From NCBI GenBank assembly GCA_964413905.1, contig CAYPUG010000002.1:1-61693 (forward strand): a DNA stretch of 61,693 nt, read 5' to 3'. The notes beneath the pieces were generated by a model. That model made no database searches and was not told the DNA's origin. It was given only the letters and a program-made list of their open reading frames with translations. Below, piece by piece: positions 33,793 to 42,581 of the stretch. The stretch comes from an uncultured Anaerolineae bacterium (GTDB lineage Bacteria; Chloroflexota; Anaerolineae; JAADDB01). Both the position numbers and the translations under genes were made by a program. Position 1 is the stretch's first letter; each line of letters begins with the position of its first letter.

Positions 33793-33821
33793 ATTATGAC
33801 ATAATCTGGGCTTTTGCCCAA
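33793..33821 (-). promoter_or_regulatory. Candidate internal promoter TTGGGC-17-CATAAT for the permease/ATPase genes
   Basis: On the minus strand, -35 at 33821-33816, 17-nt spacer, -10 at 33798-33793. Confidence 0.4.
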
Positions 33822-33914
33822 AGTACACCACGTCACAGGCAAAGCGTACCGGCCGGTGCGGTGGTGTATGCGCGCGAACTCATAACACACACTTAGGCAT
33901 AAATAAAATCCGGT

Positions 33915-33941
33915 GTGTCAGGCTATATCCTCACCTGACAC
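33915..33941 (-). terminator. Second hairpin downstream of the binding-protein gene
   Basis: 8-bp stem GTGTCAGG/CCTGACAC, 11-nt loop; the minus-strand RNA continues ACCGGATTTTATTTAT. Confidence 0.45.
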
Positions 33942-33957
33942 CCCCAGTTCCCGGTAC

Positions 33958-33986
33958 AAAAAGGGCGGCGGGAATTCCCGCCGCCC
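33958..33986 (-). terminator. Rho-independent terminator of the binding-protein gene
   Basis: The minus strand reads GGGCGGCGGGAATTCCCGCCGCCC (perfect 10-bp GC stem, AATT loop) followed by TTTTT. Confidence 0.85.
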
Positions 33987-34005
33987 CCTGTCATCCCGAA
34001 TCGGG

Positions 34006-36027
34006 TTACTTCAGCAACTTGACCGAAGAGGGCATGCCGTTCAGGTTCTGGATGCCGTCCAAGGTCTCGGTGTACGGGAACTGCACCGTGTCCACCGGAT
34101 ACGCCTCGATGATCGGCGCGGTGAACAGGGTCACGTAGGGCAGTTCCGTCGCCAGCATTTCCTGGAGTTTGAAGGCTTCCTCGCGAGCCTTGTTCAGGTC
34201 GGTTTCCTCGAGGAACTCCTTGCACATGGCGTCAAAGTCGGGGTTGTTATAATGCCCGACATTGTAGCCGGAGTCGCTCATGAAGAAATCGCACAGGTAA
34301 TCCGGATAGAGGGAGAGCCCCCAACCCAGGATCCACATGTCGAAGTCGCCCTCGACGAAGACCTTCTGAACGATAACGTTGAAGCCGGTCAGGTTGGCCT
34401 TCGCGGGGATGCCGATCTCGTTCAGCCACTTCTCGATCCAGATGGCTGCAGTCGCGCGCATGGGGTCATAGCCCGCGCTGGGCGCCAGGATCTCGAACTC
34501 GGGCATGGGCGAACCGTCGGGCAGTTTCAGGCCTTCGCCCGGATCTACGGCCCGCTTCTTGTCATCCCACTTGGGCTCTTTGTCCCAGGTGAAGCCCGCG
34601 GACTTAAGAAGCTCGACGGCCTTCTCCACGCGCTCCTGGCGGCTCATCCCCTGGCCGATCTTCGGCACATCGGGGTTGAACCAGAAGGAATTGCCTTCGG
34701 GCACCAGGGTGTACACGGGCAACGCGGCACCCTGGAGCAGGCGCTGGGTGATGAACTCCTTGTCGATCAAGTAGGCCACTGCCTCGCGGAACTCCTTAAT
34801 GTCCTGCGGATGACGCTCAAAGTTGAAGCCCAGGTAGCGGAAGCCGTTGGACGGGTTGCGCACGATCTTGAACCCGGCCGAGCCTTCCAACTGTTGGGCC
34901 AAACCGACTTGCAGGCCCAAGGGGTTCAGCATGAAGTCCACCTCGCCCTTTTGCAAAGCAAGGACCGCCGCGTCCTGGGTGCCGTACAGGTTGTAAAGCA
35001 CCGAGGTCACGTACGGACCGACCGTGAAGTCCAGGGTGGTGTCGCCCTTGCACTCGCCGTACGCGCAGAAGTCATACCAGCCGGGCACCTCTTCGTAGTA
35101 GGCGCCGTTCTTGTACTCCACAATGTGCTGACCCTTGAACGCCCAGGAGTCATTGCGGGCCAACTCGGCAAACGCGCCTTTCTCCCACTTGGAGAACGTG
35201 AACGCGCCGCCGCTGGGCTGACCTTCGGGTACATAGGAGTACAGGGCCTTGCGGGCATCCTCAAGCGCCTTGTTGTACGCTTCCTCGTCGTTGGGATCCA
35301 CCCCCTCCAGCGCCTTCATCGCGTCCTTCACCACCGGCTCCCAGTAGTGCTTGGGGAGGATGGGACCCATCGCGGCGCCGAACTGCCAGCGGGCCAGACC
35401 CGGCTTCTTCTTGAAGTAGAACTTCACCGTGTACTGGTCCACGGCCTCCACGTGATCCACGTATTCAGGATCGTAGGCCGCCTCCCAGTTGTCCGTCAAC
35501 TGAAGCTTCAGCGCGGTGTTCGCGGTGAAGGCCACGTCCTCAGCGGTGATGGGCTCGCCGTCGCTCCACTTGGCGCCCTGCTTCATCTTCACCGTGGAGA
35601 CCCAGAAATCCCCCTCTTGCTCTAATTCGGTGGGGAAGCCATCGGCCAGCGCGGGGATCCAGTCAAACCGCTGATCGGAATAAGTGTACAGACTGGGAAC
35701 CAGATTGTTCAGGACGTAACCGTTCCACACCGTGGAGTCCGGGCCATAGTAATCCCAGAAGTTCGTGGTGGTCAGATCCTCAAAGATGGCCAAGCGATAC
35801 GGCCGTTCCACGTACATGCCCTCAGGCGTGGGCGTAGGGGTGACAACCTTCTCCACTTCCTTGGTGATGATCTTCTGAACCTCGACCGTCTCCTTAACGA
35901 CCTTCTCCACCTCCTTAGTAACAACGACGGTCTCTACGATCTTCTCAGGCGTTGGCTTGGGGCATGCAGCCAACACCATCGCGGCAACGACCAAAACCGC
36001 CAACAAGACCCAAAACTTGCGATTCAT
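34006..36027 (-). CDS. ABC transporter substrate-binding lipoprotein, family 5 (peptide/nickel type)
   Basis: Start moved to MNRKFWVLLAVLVVAAMVLAAC (lipobox) behind GGAGGAGG; V/T/E/K linker then an SBP_bac_5-like body. Confidence 0.9.
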   Translation of the reverse strand: MNRKFWVLLAVLVVAAMVLAACPKPTPEKIVETVVVTKEVEKVVKETVEVQKIITKEVEKVVTPTPTPEGMYVERPYRLAIFEDLTTTNFWDYYGPDSTVWNGYVLNNLVPSLYTYSDQRFDWIPALADGFPTELEQEGDFWVSTVKMKQGAKWSDGEPITAEDVAFTANTALKLQLTDNWEAAYDPEYVDHVEAVDQYTVKFYFKKKPGLARWQFGAAMGPILPKHYWEPVVKDAMKALEGVDPNDEEAYNKALEDARKALYSYVPEGQPSGGAFTFSKWEKGAFAELARNDSWAFKGQHIVEYKNGAYYEEVPGWYDFCAYGECKGDTTLDFTVGPYVTSVLYNLYGTQDAAVLALQKGEVDFMLNPLGLQVGLAQQLEGSAGFKIVRNPSNGFRYLGFNFERHPQDIKEFREAVAYLIDKEFITQRLLQGAALPVYTLVPEGNSFWFNPDVPKIGQGMSRQERVEKAVELLKSAGFTWDKEPKWDDKKRAVDPGEGLKLPDGSPMPEFEILAPSAGYDPMRATAAIWIEKWLNEIGIPAKANLTGFNVIVQKVFVEGDFDMWILGWGLSLYPDYLCDFFMSDSGYNVGHYNNPDFDAMCKEFLEETDLNKAREEAFKLQEMLATELPYVTLFTAPIIEAYPVDTVQFPYTETLDGIQNLNGMPSSVKLLK
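35842..35943 (-). repeat. Region encoding the V/T/E/K linker KIVETVVVTKEVEKVVKETVEVQKIITKEVEKVV
   Basis: Shares the peptide VETVVVTKEVEKVV with the unrelated sugar-binding protein at 18235. Confidence 0.8.
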
Positions 36028-36366
36028 GTCCTCCTCCTTCATTAAGACTGCGGAATATAGGGGATCATCTTTAAGAGTACCTCTTGGCCGACACACCGAT
36101 GTGGTTCGGTGGCGCAAGCACGAGCGGGCCAGGCTCGCGGTCGGCCTTGCGCAAAGGAGAAAGCCTTGTCTCCTCCTCCGACATGACGATGGTTAAGGTA
36201 AAGGAAGGTGCAATCGGTCGCCCTGTCAGGCAGACCCCTTTCGTCGAGAAATGTACACATCCGGGTTTATTCCTCATGCCCGAACATGATAGCATATCCT
36301 CATAGGAACGTCAACTCGGGCCAAATTAGGTAGGGCTTTTCAGAGAACCCACACTCGGGGACAGAG

Positions 36367-36396
36367 GGGGAGGCGAAGGCAGTGTCTTGGCTTACC
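36367..36396 (+). repeat. Repeat family A, degenerate copy A4
   Basis: GGGGAGGCGAAGGCAGTGTCTTGGCTTACC compared with GGGTAGGCGAAGGCAGTGCCTTCGCCTACC at 39582. Confidence 0.5.
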
Positions 36397-36504
36397 AACG
36401 GCCACCTAAAAAGCACATATAAGATCTCAATAGCCGACACAATATATTCACATGTTCAACCGTTAGAAAATCCTGAATTGGAGATCCAGGGTATTTTCTT
36501 CTCC

Positions 36505-36533
36505 TTGGGGACCGATGCCCTTTATGCTACAAT
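36505..36533 (+). promoter_or_regulatory. Candidate extended -10 promoter TTGGGG-17-(TGC)TACAAT upstream of glgA
   Basis: -35 at 36505-36510, -10 at 36528-36533 preceded by TGC; would give a leader of about 180 nt containing repeat B3. Confidence 0.4.
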
Positions 36534-36589
36534 GCGCTTAAAGGACCCAAACCTGATGGCTCGACACATTGTGTTTCATAGGCTACGGG

Positions 36590-36640
36590 CTGATTGACCG
36601 ACAAAACTCTGCGAATGCACCTTGGCTTAGTACAAAAGCG
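36590..36640 (+). repeat. Intergenic repeat family B, copy B3
   Basis: CTGATTGACCGACAAAACTCTGCGAATGCACCTTGGCTTAGTACAAAAGCG; shares the 17-mer GACAAAACTCTGCGAAT with B4. Confidence 0.8.
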
Positions 36641-36721
36641 ATCGAATATCCCTTCTCTAGTGTTATCGATTCATCGGGGGCTCACTTGTGGACCTTCCAC
36701 CCTTTTTAAGAGGAGTGGCCA

Positions 36722-38242
36722 ATGAAAAACACGAACAATAAACCTCAATCGCTCAAGATCCTTTTCCTTGCCGCGGAAGTATTCCCCTACGCCAAAACCG
36801 GCGGTCTGGCCGATGTGGCCGGTTCGCTACCCAAAGCCATCCGACGCCTCGGTCATGATATTCGCATTGCCATGCCCCGATACGGGTTCATCGACAAAGA
36901 ACGGTGGGGGCTGAAGGAGGTCATTGCTCGCTTGGATGTGCCCTTTGGCGAAGGCACCGAACCGGTGCGAGTGTACGAAACCCGCCTGGGTGATGTCCCC
37001 GTCTACATGATCGATAATGACCGCTTCTTCAACCGTGACGGCATATACGCGTACCCCGATGACGCGGAACGGTTCATCCTGTTTTCCCGTGCCAGTCTGG
37101 AACTGGCCAAGGCCCTAAGTTGGCCACCTCACATTGTGCACTGTAACGATTGGCATACCGCGCTGGTACCTAATTGGCTAAAAAGCGTGTACAAGGACGA
37201 TCCCTTCTGGCAAAACACCCGCACCGTGTTCACCATTCACAACCTGGCCTACCAAGGGATTTTCGGCTACCGGGTGTTGGAAGTGGCCGGACTGGCCCAA
37301 TACGGCTTCATCGCCCACCCTCAACTCTCTCATTGGGATCATGTGGTGCACTTCATGGCCCGAGGTCTCATCTTCGCGGACTACATCACCACCGTGAGCC
37401 CTCGGTACGCGCAGGAGATTATGACTCCGGAATTCGGCGCGGGATTGGCCCCTATCCTGCGGGATCGGGCAGACACCGTCGTCGGCATTCTCAACGGCAT
37501 TGACACGGATGTGTGGAACCCCGCTACCGATGAGTACATCGTCCGTCACTATGATGTGGAACACCTGGAGGAACGAAAACAAAATAAAACCTTCCTGCAA
37601 GAACACGTAAATCTCCCCGTCGGTGAAGAACATCCATTGATGGGTTTCATCGGCCGTTTGACCGAGCAAAAAGGCATAGACCTGCTGGTGCAAGCCGCGG
37701 ACCACGTGGCCACTCACCTGGGTGCGCAGTTGGTCATTCTCGGCACCGGCGAGGAGAAGTGGCGACAACTTATCGAAGAAGCGGCCAAAAAACACCCTCA
37801 ACACATCCGTGCCACCTTCACTTTCAACACCCCCATGGCCCACTACATTTACGCGGGCGTAGACATCCTCCTCATGCCCAGTCGATTTGAGCCTTGTGGA
37901 TTGAACCAAATGATCGCCATGCGCTACGGCGCAGTCCCTGTTGTGCGGGAAGTAGGTGGCCTTGCCGATACGGTCAAAGACTTCAATCCGACCACCGGCG
38001 AGGGCAACGGCTTTACCTTTCAGGAGTACTCAGCGCATGCCTTGTACACGGCCATTGTCCGCGCGGTAGAAAACTGGAAACACAAAGACGTCTGGCGCAC
38101 CCTCCAAGTTCGGGGCATGACCACCGATTTCTCCTGGAACCGCTCTGCCCGCCAGTACGTAGATGTATACTACCGTGCATTGGCCACGTCGGGACAGGTC
38201 CCCCAAAAACTCAAAGAAAAATTGGAAGGGCTGATCGAATGA
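36722..38242 (+). CDS. glgA: Glycogen synthase (ADP-glucose type, GT5)
   Basis: N-terminus AAEVFPYAKTGGLADV, C-terminus PSRFEPCGLNQM; GAGGAG RBS. Confidence 0.92.
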   Translation: MKNTNNKPQSLKILFLAAEVFPYAKTGGLADVAGSLPKAIRRLGHDIRIAMPRYGFIDKERWGLKEVIARLDVPFGEGTEPVRVYETRLGDVPVYMIDNDRFFNRDGIYAYPDDAERFILFSRASLELAKALSWPPHIVHCNDWHTALVPNWLKSVYKDDPFWQNTRTVFTIHNLAYQGIFGYRVLEVAGLAQYGFIAHPQLSHWDHVVHFMARGLIFADYITTVSPRYAQEIMTPEFGAGLAPILRDRADTVVGILNGIDTDVWNPATDEYIVRHYDVEHLEERKQNKTFLQEHVNLPVGEEHPLMGFIGRLTEQKGIDLLVQAADHVATHLGAQLVILGTGEEKWRQLIEEAAKKHPQHIRATFTFNTPMAHYIYAGVDILLMPSRFEPCGLNQMIAMRYGAVPVVREVGGLADTVKDFNPTTGEGNGFTFQEYSAHALYTAIVRAVENWKHKDVWRTLQVRGMTTDFSWNRSARQYVDVYYRALATSGQVPQKLKEKLEGLIE

Positions 38243-39501
38243 AGCACTCAACCGTGGACCCATCACAAGAGTGGCTTGCCGCGCGGTTGTATTACCAAGA
38301 TCCTTACCTCCGAGAATTTCACGCTCGCGTTGTTGAACACCTTACATGGGCCGGTCATCCTGCCGTGGTCCTCGACCGCACTGCGTTCTACCCTGAGGGC
38401 GGTGGTCAGCCCGCAGATCAGGGGATGCTCAACGGGATACCCGTTGTGGACGTTCAAACGCGCCCAGAAGACAACGCTATTGTCCACGTGCTGAGCGCCC
38501 CCTTAAGCGAAGACCGCGTGTTCGGTAGGATCGATTGGAATCGGCGCTTCGACCACATGCAACAACACACGGCCCAACACATCCTCTCTCAGGCGTTCAT
38601 CCAGGTGGCCCAGGCCCAGACCATTGGCTTCCACCTGGGAGAACAGGAGACCACCATTGATTTGGACCGCCATGACCTACCGCCTGAGCACATTCGGCGC
38701 GCTGAAGAGCTAGCCAATCGCATTATAGAGGAGAATCGTCCTGTACGGCCTCGGTTCGTGGAAGAGGCTGAACTGGCGAGCCTGCATGTGCGCCGGCCGG
38801 CCAAAGTCCAGGGGCCCATCCGCGTGGTAGAGATCGAAGCGTTCGATGTGGTACCATGTGGAGGCACCCACGTAGCCCACACGGGCGAGATAGGACTCCT
38901 CGCCATTACGCATGTAGAACGCTACAAAGGGGGATGGCGCATTACCTTTTTAGCCGGACGACGGGCTCGAATGGATTACGCGCGACGGCGCCACCTGTTG
39001 AGCGACTTGGGCGCTCTGCTCACCTGTGGCGAAGAGGATCTGCGAGCACGTGTGGAGAAACTCTTACACGAGCAGAAACGCCTTGCGTCCGATCTACGTA
39101 AAGCCCAAGAGACCCTGTTGGCGGTGGAAGCGCAACGCCTGTGGGCCGGAGGGGAGCCTTTCGGTAAAGGGAAGCTTATCGTCGCAACGTACAGCACAGC
39201 TCCCGCGGAGTGGGTGCGAAAACTGGCCGCTACCGTTAGAGAGTACGGGGCCGCCGTCATTATGCTGGGATGGCAGGGGACCGATAGGGGCCGGTTTGTA
39301 TTTGCGGCCACGCCGGATATGAATGTGAACGTAGGGCACATACTCCGCTCCGCACTGGCCGAACATGGGGGACGCGGGGGAGGGCGCCCGGATTGGGCCG
39401 AAGGAGGAATGACCGATCCCCACGCGGTGCCCCTTGTGCTAAAAACGGCTGCCGAGATGATCCGCAACCTCGGCGAATCGAGTACAACATCACGTACGTA
39501 A
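38239..39501 (+). CDS. alaX: Alanyl-tRNA editing protein (AlaX-L-like, tRNA_SAD domain)
   Basis: Zinc motifs HTAQHIL and CGGTHV. Start at the ATG at 38239, forming an ATGA overlap with the glgA stop; the longer ORF from 37894 lies inside glgA. Confidence 0.8.
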   Translation: MKHSTVDPSQEWLAARLYYQDPYLREFHARVVEHLTWAGHPAVVLDRTAFYPEGGGQPADQGMLNGIPVVDVQTRPEDNAIVHVLSAPLSEDRVFGRIDWNRRFDHMQQHTAQHILSQAFIQVAQAQTIGFHLGEQETTIDLDRHDLPPEHIRRAEELANRIIEENRPVRPRFVEEAELASLHVRRPAKVQGPIRVVEIEAFDVVPCGGTHVAHTGEIGLLAITHVERYKGGWRITFLAGRRARMDYARRRHLLSDLGALLTCGEEDLRARVEKLLHEQKRLASDLRKAQETLLAVEAQRLWAGGEPFGKGKLIVATYSTAPAEWVRKLAATVREYGAAVIMLGWQGTDRGRFVFAATPDMNVNVGHILRSALAEHGGRGGGRPDWAEGGMTDPHAVPLVLKTAAEMIRNLGESSTTSRT

Positions 39502-39540
39502 ACCGACGACCCGATAAAACCCTGAGAATGTGCCTAGTAC
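39502..39540 (+). repeat. Repeat family B, degenerate copy B5
   Basis: ACCGACGACCCGATAAAACCCTGAGAATGTGCCTAGTAC aligns with GACCGACAAAACTCTGCGAATGCACC..TTAGTAC of B3; it starts right after the alaX stop. Confidence 0.45.
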
Positions 39541-39580
39541 TCCGTCAATCATGGAATGATGGATGAAACGCTGTGACAAT

Positions 39581-39680
<100 letters not shown>

Positions 39681-39758
39681 CTTGACCCAAGACTAGACGG
39701 ACAAAGAATGGAAAAGAGGCACATTCTATATCCTTAAATTAAGGAGGAGGATATCCAC

Positions 39759-40712
39759 ATGCCCAAGAAGACGGCCGAAACAACACCAACATTTCCCGAT
39801 GAAATCGGTGTACCCTTTGAGGTCGGGCCGGATGTGTACGCGATGCGAGGAAGTCGTGGGGCCAATGTGGGCGCGGTCGTCACCGACGAGGGCATCATTC
39901 TGATAGATACTCCTCTAGTGCCCCAACAGGCCTGGACATGGCGGGACTTCTTGCTGGAGAAAAGCGGAGGCAAGCCGTTTCTCTACATCATCAACACGGA
40001 CCATCATCGGGGACATATCGTCGGCAACCAGTGGTTCAACTGCACGGTCATCGCCCACCACGTAGCCTGGCGGTACATGCGAGGGTATCGGGATAACTTC
40101 AAACACCGGGTGCGCCAACTCTTCAAACGTCAACCGGAAATCCAGGCCCAACTGCAAGATATCCGCATCATCTTGCCGGAAATCACCTTTGGCGATCGCT
40201 TCACCGTATTCAAGGGCGGACGGGAAGTCCGAGTCATTCACGTGGGAGGGCACACACCGGCCACCTCCTTTGTTTGGGTGCCCGACGCTAAAGTCGTGTT
40301 CACCGGCGATCTGGTCATGCTGGGCGAACACCCCTTTATGACTCAAGCGAAGAGCAAGGAATGGCTAGATGGTCTTCGTCTCATCCGCCGACTACATCCC
40401 CGGGTCGTCGTGCCCGGACATGGACCGGTAGGCGGTCCCGAAATCACCGAGGAGGTGTCCGAATACCTGCGCTACATCCGCTCCCGTGTGCGTTCCCACT
40501 TGCGCGCGGGGGATTCCAAAGTGGACACGGCCAATGCCATCGCGCCCGAACTCATCGACTGGTTCCCCATCCCCAAATACCGTCGCCCCAAGATCACCCA
40601 ACAGATCAAGCAAGGGATCGGTAAAGTGTATGTGGAACTGCAAAGGGAGATGAAAAAATCCGGAGAACAGGTTCCCGAGGTGACCGACGAAGAAGGGGAT
40701 GAGGAGGATTAA
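39759..40712 (+). CDS. MBL-fold metallo-hydrolase with an acidic C-terminal tail
   Basis: Variant metal motif INTDHHRGH, later HVGGHTP and PGHG; AAGGAGGAGG RBS. Confidence 0.8.
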   Translation: MPKKTAETTPTFPDEIGVPFEVGPDVYAMRGSRGANVGAVVTDEGIILIDTPLVPQQAWTWRDFLLEKSGGKPFLYIINTDHHRGHIVGNQWFNCTVIAHHVAWRYMRGYRDNFKHRVRQLFKRQPEIQAQLQDIRIILPEITFGDRFTVFKGGREVRVIHVGGHTPATSFVWVPDAKVVFTGDLVMLGEHPFMTQAKSKEWLDGLRLIRRLHPRVVVPGHGPVGGPEITEEVSEYLRYIRSRVRSHLRAGDSKVDTANAIAPELIDWFPIPKYRRPKITQQIKQGIGKVYVELQREMKKSGEQVPEVTDEEGDEED

Positions 40713-40717
40713 AGGGC

Positions 40718-41686
40718 ATGGCGGACGCGCGGGAACGACTTATTCGCCTGTTGGAGGCCAGCGCGGGGAAAGAACCGGATACACCGGCGGAACAATTGCG
40801 ACACTTTCTCACAGAGCTGGAGATCCGTCTGGCGAACATGGAAGGGACCGGAAAAGAGGTCCTCGCCATTCCTCCTCTCATGGACCGTATTGCGACACTC
40901 ATATCGGAATTGCATGCAGCAGGTGTAGATATTCAGCCCGAGCAAACCCGTTGGGAAAGTGCACAAGCCCTACTTCGGCGAAAAGCCGCCACTTTTCTCA
41001 AGGAGGCCCGAGCCGGGGGCGGACTGAAAACGATCCGTGCCCAACATCACCCACCGCGAGAACGATGGTGGTGGTATGTGGATGAGTGGCTTGCGCAAGA
41101 ACGTCGCCGCCGTCTTCGCCACCTGCTTGTGGGAGGCCTCACCCTGGCCCTGGTCATCATCCTCTTTCTGTGGTTCATTCAAAGCCGTCTGCCTAAAGAT
41201 CCACGCTTGCGACGCATCATCGATTTGGAGGCTCAAGTTGACGATGCCCTTGTCAGCGAAGATTGGGAACGTGCCCGCGTGGTGCTGGAAGAGTTACGAT
41301 CCCTCGATCCCAACAACCCCGAATACCCCTTACTCTTGGGCGCGGTGTACGAACGCCTGGAAATGCCGGAAAAGGCCCAAGAGCAATACAGCATCGCCCG
41401 TGGTTTGCTCAAGGACGAGGGAGAATTCTACACCCGCAGAGCCTCCGCATACCTGCAAGTCGGCCTCACCGAAAAAGCTCTGGCCGACGCCCAGAAAGCG
41501 GTCCAACTTGCTCCGGAAAGTGAGGAAGCGTATTTTTACCTGGGCAACGCGTATGAGGCTCTGGGACAACGGCCCGACGCGTTAGCCGCGTACCAACAGG
41601 CTTCAGAATGGGCGGAAGCCCATGGGAACAACGCCTTACTTGTGGTCATCCGCGTGCGCATGGCCGCACTATTACAACGTCCATAA
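40718..41686 (+). CDS. Single-pass membrane protein with C-terminal TPR repeats
   Basis: One TM helix (LLVGGLTLALVIILFLWFI) followed by TPR-like helices (AYFYLGNAYEALGQRPDALAAYQQA). Confidence 0.7.
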   Translation: MADARERLIRLLEASAGKEPDTPAEQLRHFLTELEIRLANMEGTGKEVLAIPPLMDRIATLISELHAAGVDIQPEQTRWESAQALLRRKAATFLKEARAGGGLKTIRAQHHPPRERWWWYVDEWLAQERRRRLRHLLVGGLTLALVIILFLWFIQSRLPKDPRLRRIIDLEAQVDDALVSEDWERARVVLEELRSLDPNNPEYPLLLGAVYERLEMPEKAQEQYSIARGLLKDEGEFYTRRASAYLQVGLTEKALADAQKAVQLAPESEEAYFYLGNAYEALGQRPDALAAYQQASEWAEAHGNNALLVVIRVRMAALLQRP

Positions 41687-41702
41687 CGGGGAGGAACACT
41701 CC

Positions 41703-42581
41703 ATGCACACAAAGCCGGTCATTGCTGTTCACGGAGGCGCAGGCAACATCCCTGAACGTGCACGCGCGCGTCGAGGGGAAATTATCGAGCATGCGCTCGA
41801 AGTTGGATGGCAGGTTCTAGAAAGGGGAGGCCGGGCACTGGATGCAGTGGTCGCCGCAGTAAAGATATTAGAAGATGCGCCCGAGTTCAACGCGGGCCGG
41901 GGCTCTAGCCTGACCTGTGCAGGCACGGTCGAAATGGACGCAGGAGTCATGGAAGGGACGACTTTGAACGTAGGCGCGATAGCCGGGGTACAACGTGTGG
42001 CCAATCCGATCGTGTTGGCCGCGCGAGTGTTAGAAGCTTCTCCTCATATCTTGTTGATGCAAGAGGGGGCAGAACGATTTGCGCGAGAACAGGGCATCCC
42101 CTTGGTCGATCCGGAAACCCTCATTACCGAGGAACGTCGCCAACGCTTACAAAAGATCCTGGAGCGACGAGCGCATCAAGAGGCCGGGGACACGGTGGGC
42201 GCGGTGGCCTTGGATAGGGAAGGCCATCTGGCTGCAGCCACATCCACCGGCGGGCTCATGGGGAAAATGCCGGGCCGCATTGGGGATTCCCCTTTGATCG
42301 GGTGTGGGTTCTACGCGGACGACCGACTGGGTGCGTGTTCCACCACGGGGATCGGGGAACACATTGCCCGCTCCCTCCTCGCGTATCGAGCCGTGGCCGG
42401 CCTGGCGGAGGGAAATGCGGATGACGCGGCCCGCCGGGCCTTAGCGTTCATGGAAACTCGGGTCGGGAAGGAGGCTGGCATCCTCTTACTTTCACGGGAC
42501 GGGCACGTCACCGCAGTATGGGATACCCTACACATGAGTTACGGCTATCGAACGCCACGGACGAGGTATGTTGCAGGATGA
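41703..42581 (+). CDS. Ntn-hydrolase of the isoaspartyl peptidase / L-asparaginase / glycosylasparaginase family
   Basis: HGGAG N-terminus and the autoprocessing region DTVGAVALD..GHLAAATSTGG; ATG at 41703 behind GGGGAGGA. Confidence 0.88.
   Translation: MHTKPVIAVHGGAGNIPERARARRGEIIEHALEVGWQVLERGGRALDAVVAAVKILEDAPEFNAGRGSSLTCAGTVEMDAGVMEGTTLNVGAIAGVQRVANPIVLAARVLEASPHILLMQEGAERFAREQGIPLVDPETLITEERRQRLQKILERRAHQEAGDTVGAVALDREGHLAAATSTGGLMGKMPGRIGDSPLIGCGFYADDRLGACSTTGIGEHIARSLLAYRAVAGLAEGNADDAARRALAFMETRVGKEAGILLLSRDGHVTAVWDTLHMSYGYRTPRTRYVAG

Noticed and set aside
33913-35625. 570-aa ORF on the plus strand
   Set aside because: It is fully antisense to the lipoprotein SBP gene (34006-36027), which has a lipobox, RBS and family-typical sequence. 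The plus-strand translation is R/H/G/V/L-rich with no motif. It is a typical high-GC shadow ORF.
36382-36597. 71-aa ORF in the long intergenic region
   Set aside because: It has a GTG start without an RBS, starts inside a family A repeat copy, runs through a promoter-like element, and ends inside repeat B3. It has no recognisable fold or motif, so I did not call it as a CDS.
37894-38238. N-terminal 115 codons of the 535-aa ORF that contains alaX
   Set aside because: This part lies inside glgA in another frame and is Arg/Pro/Cys-rich. The AlaX-like sequence begins at the ATG at 38239, which overlaps the glgA stop.
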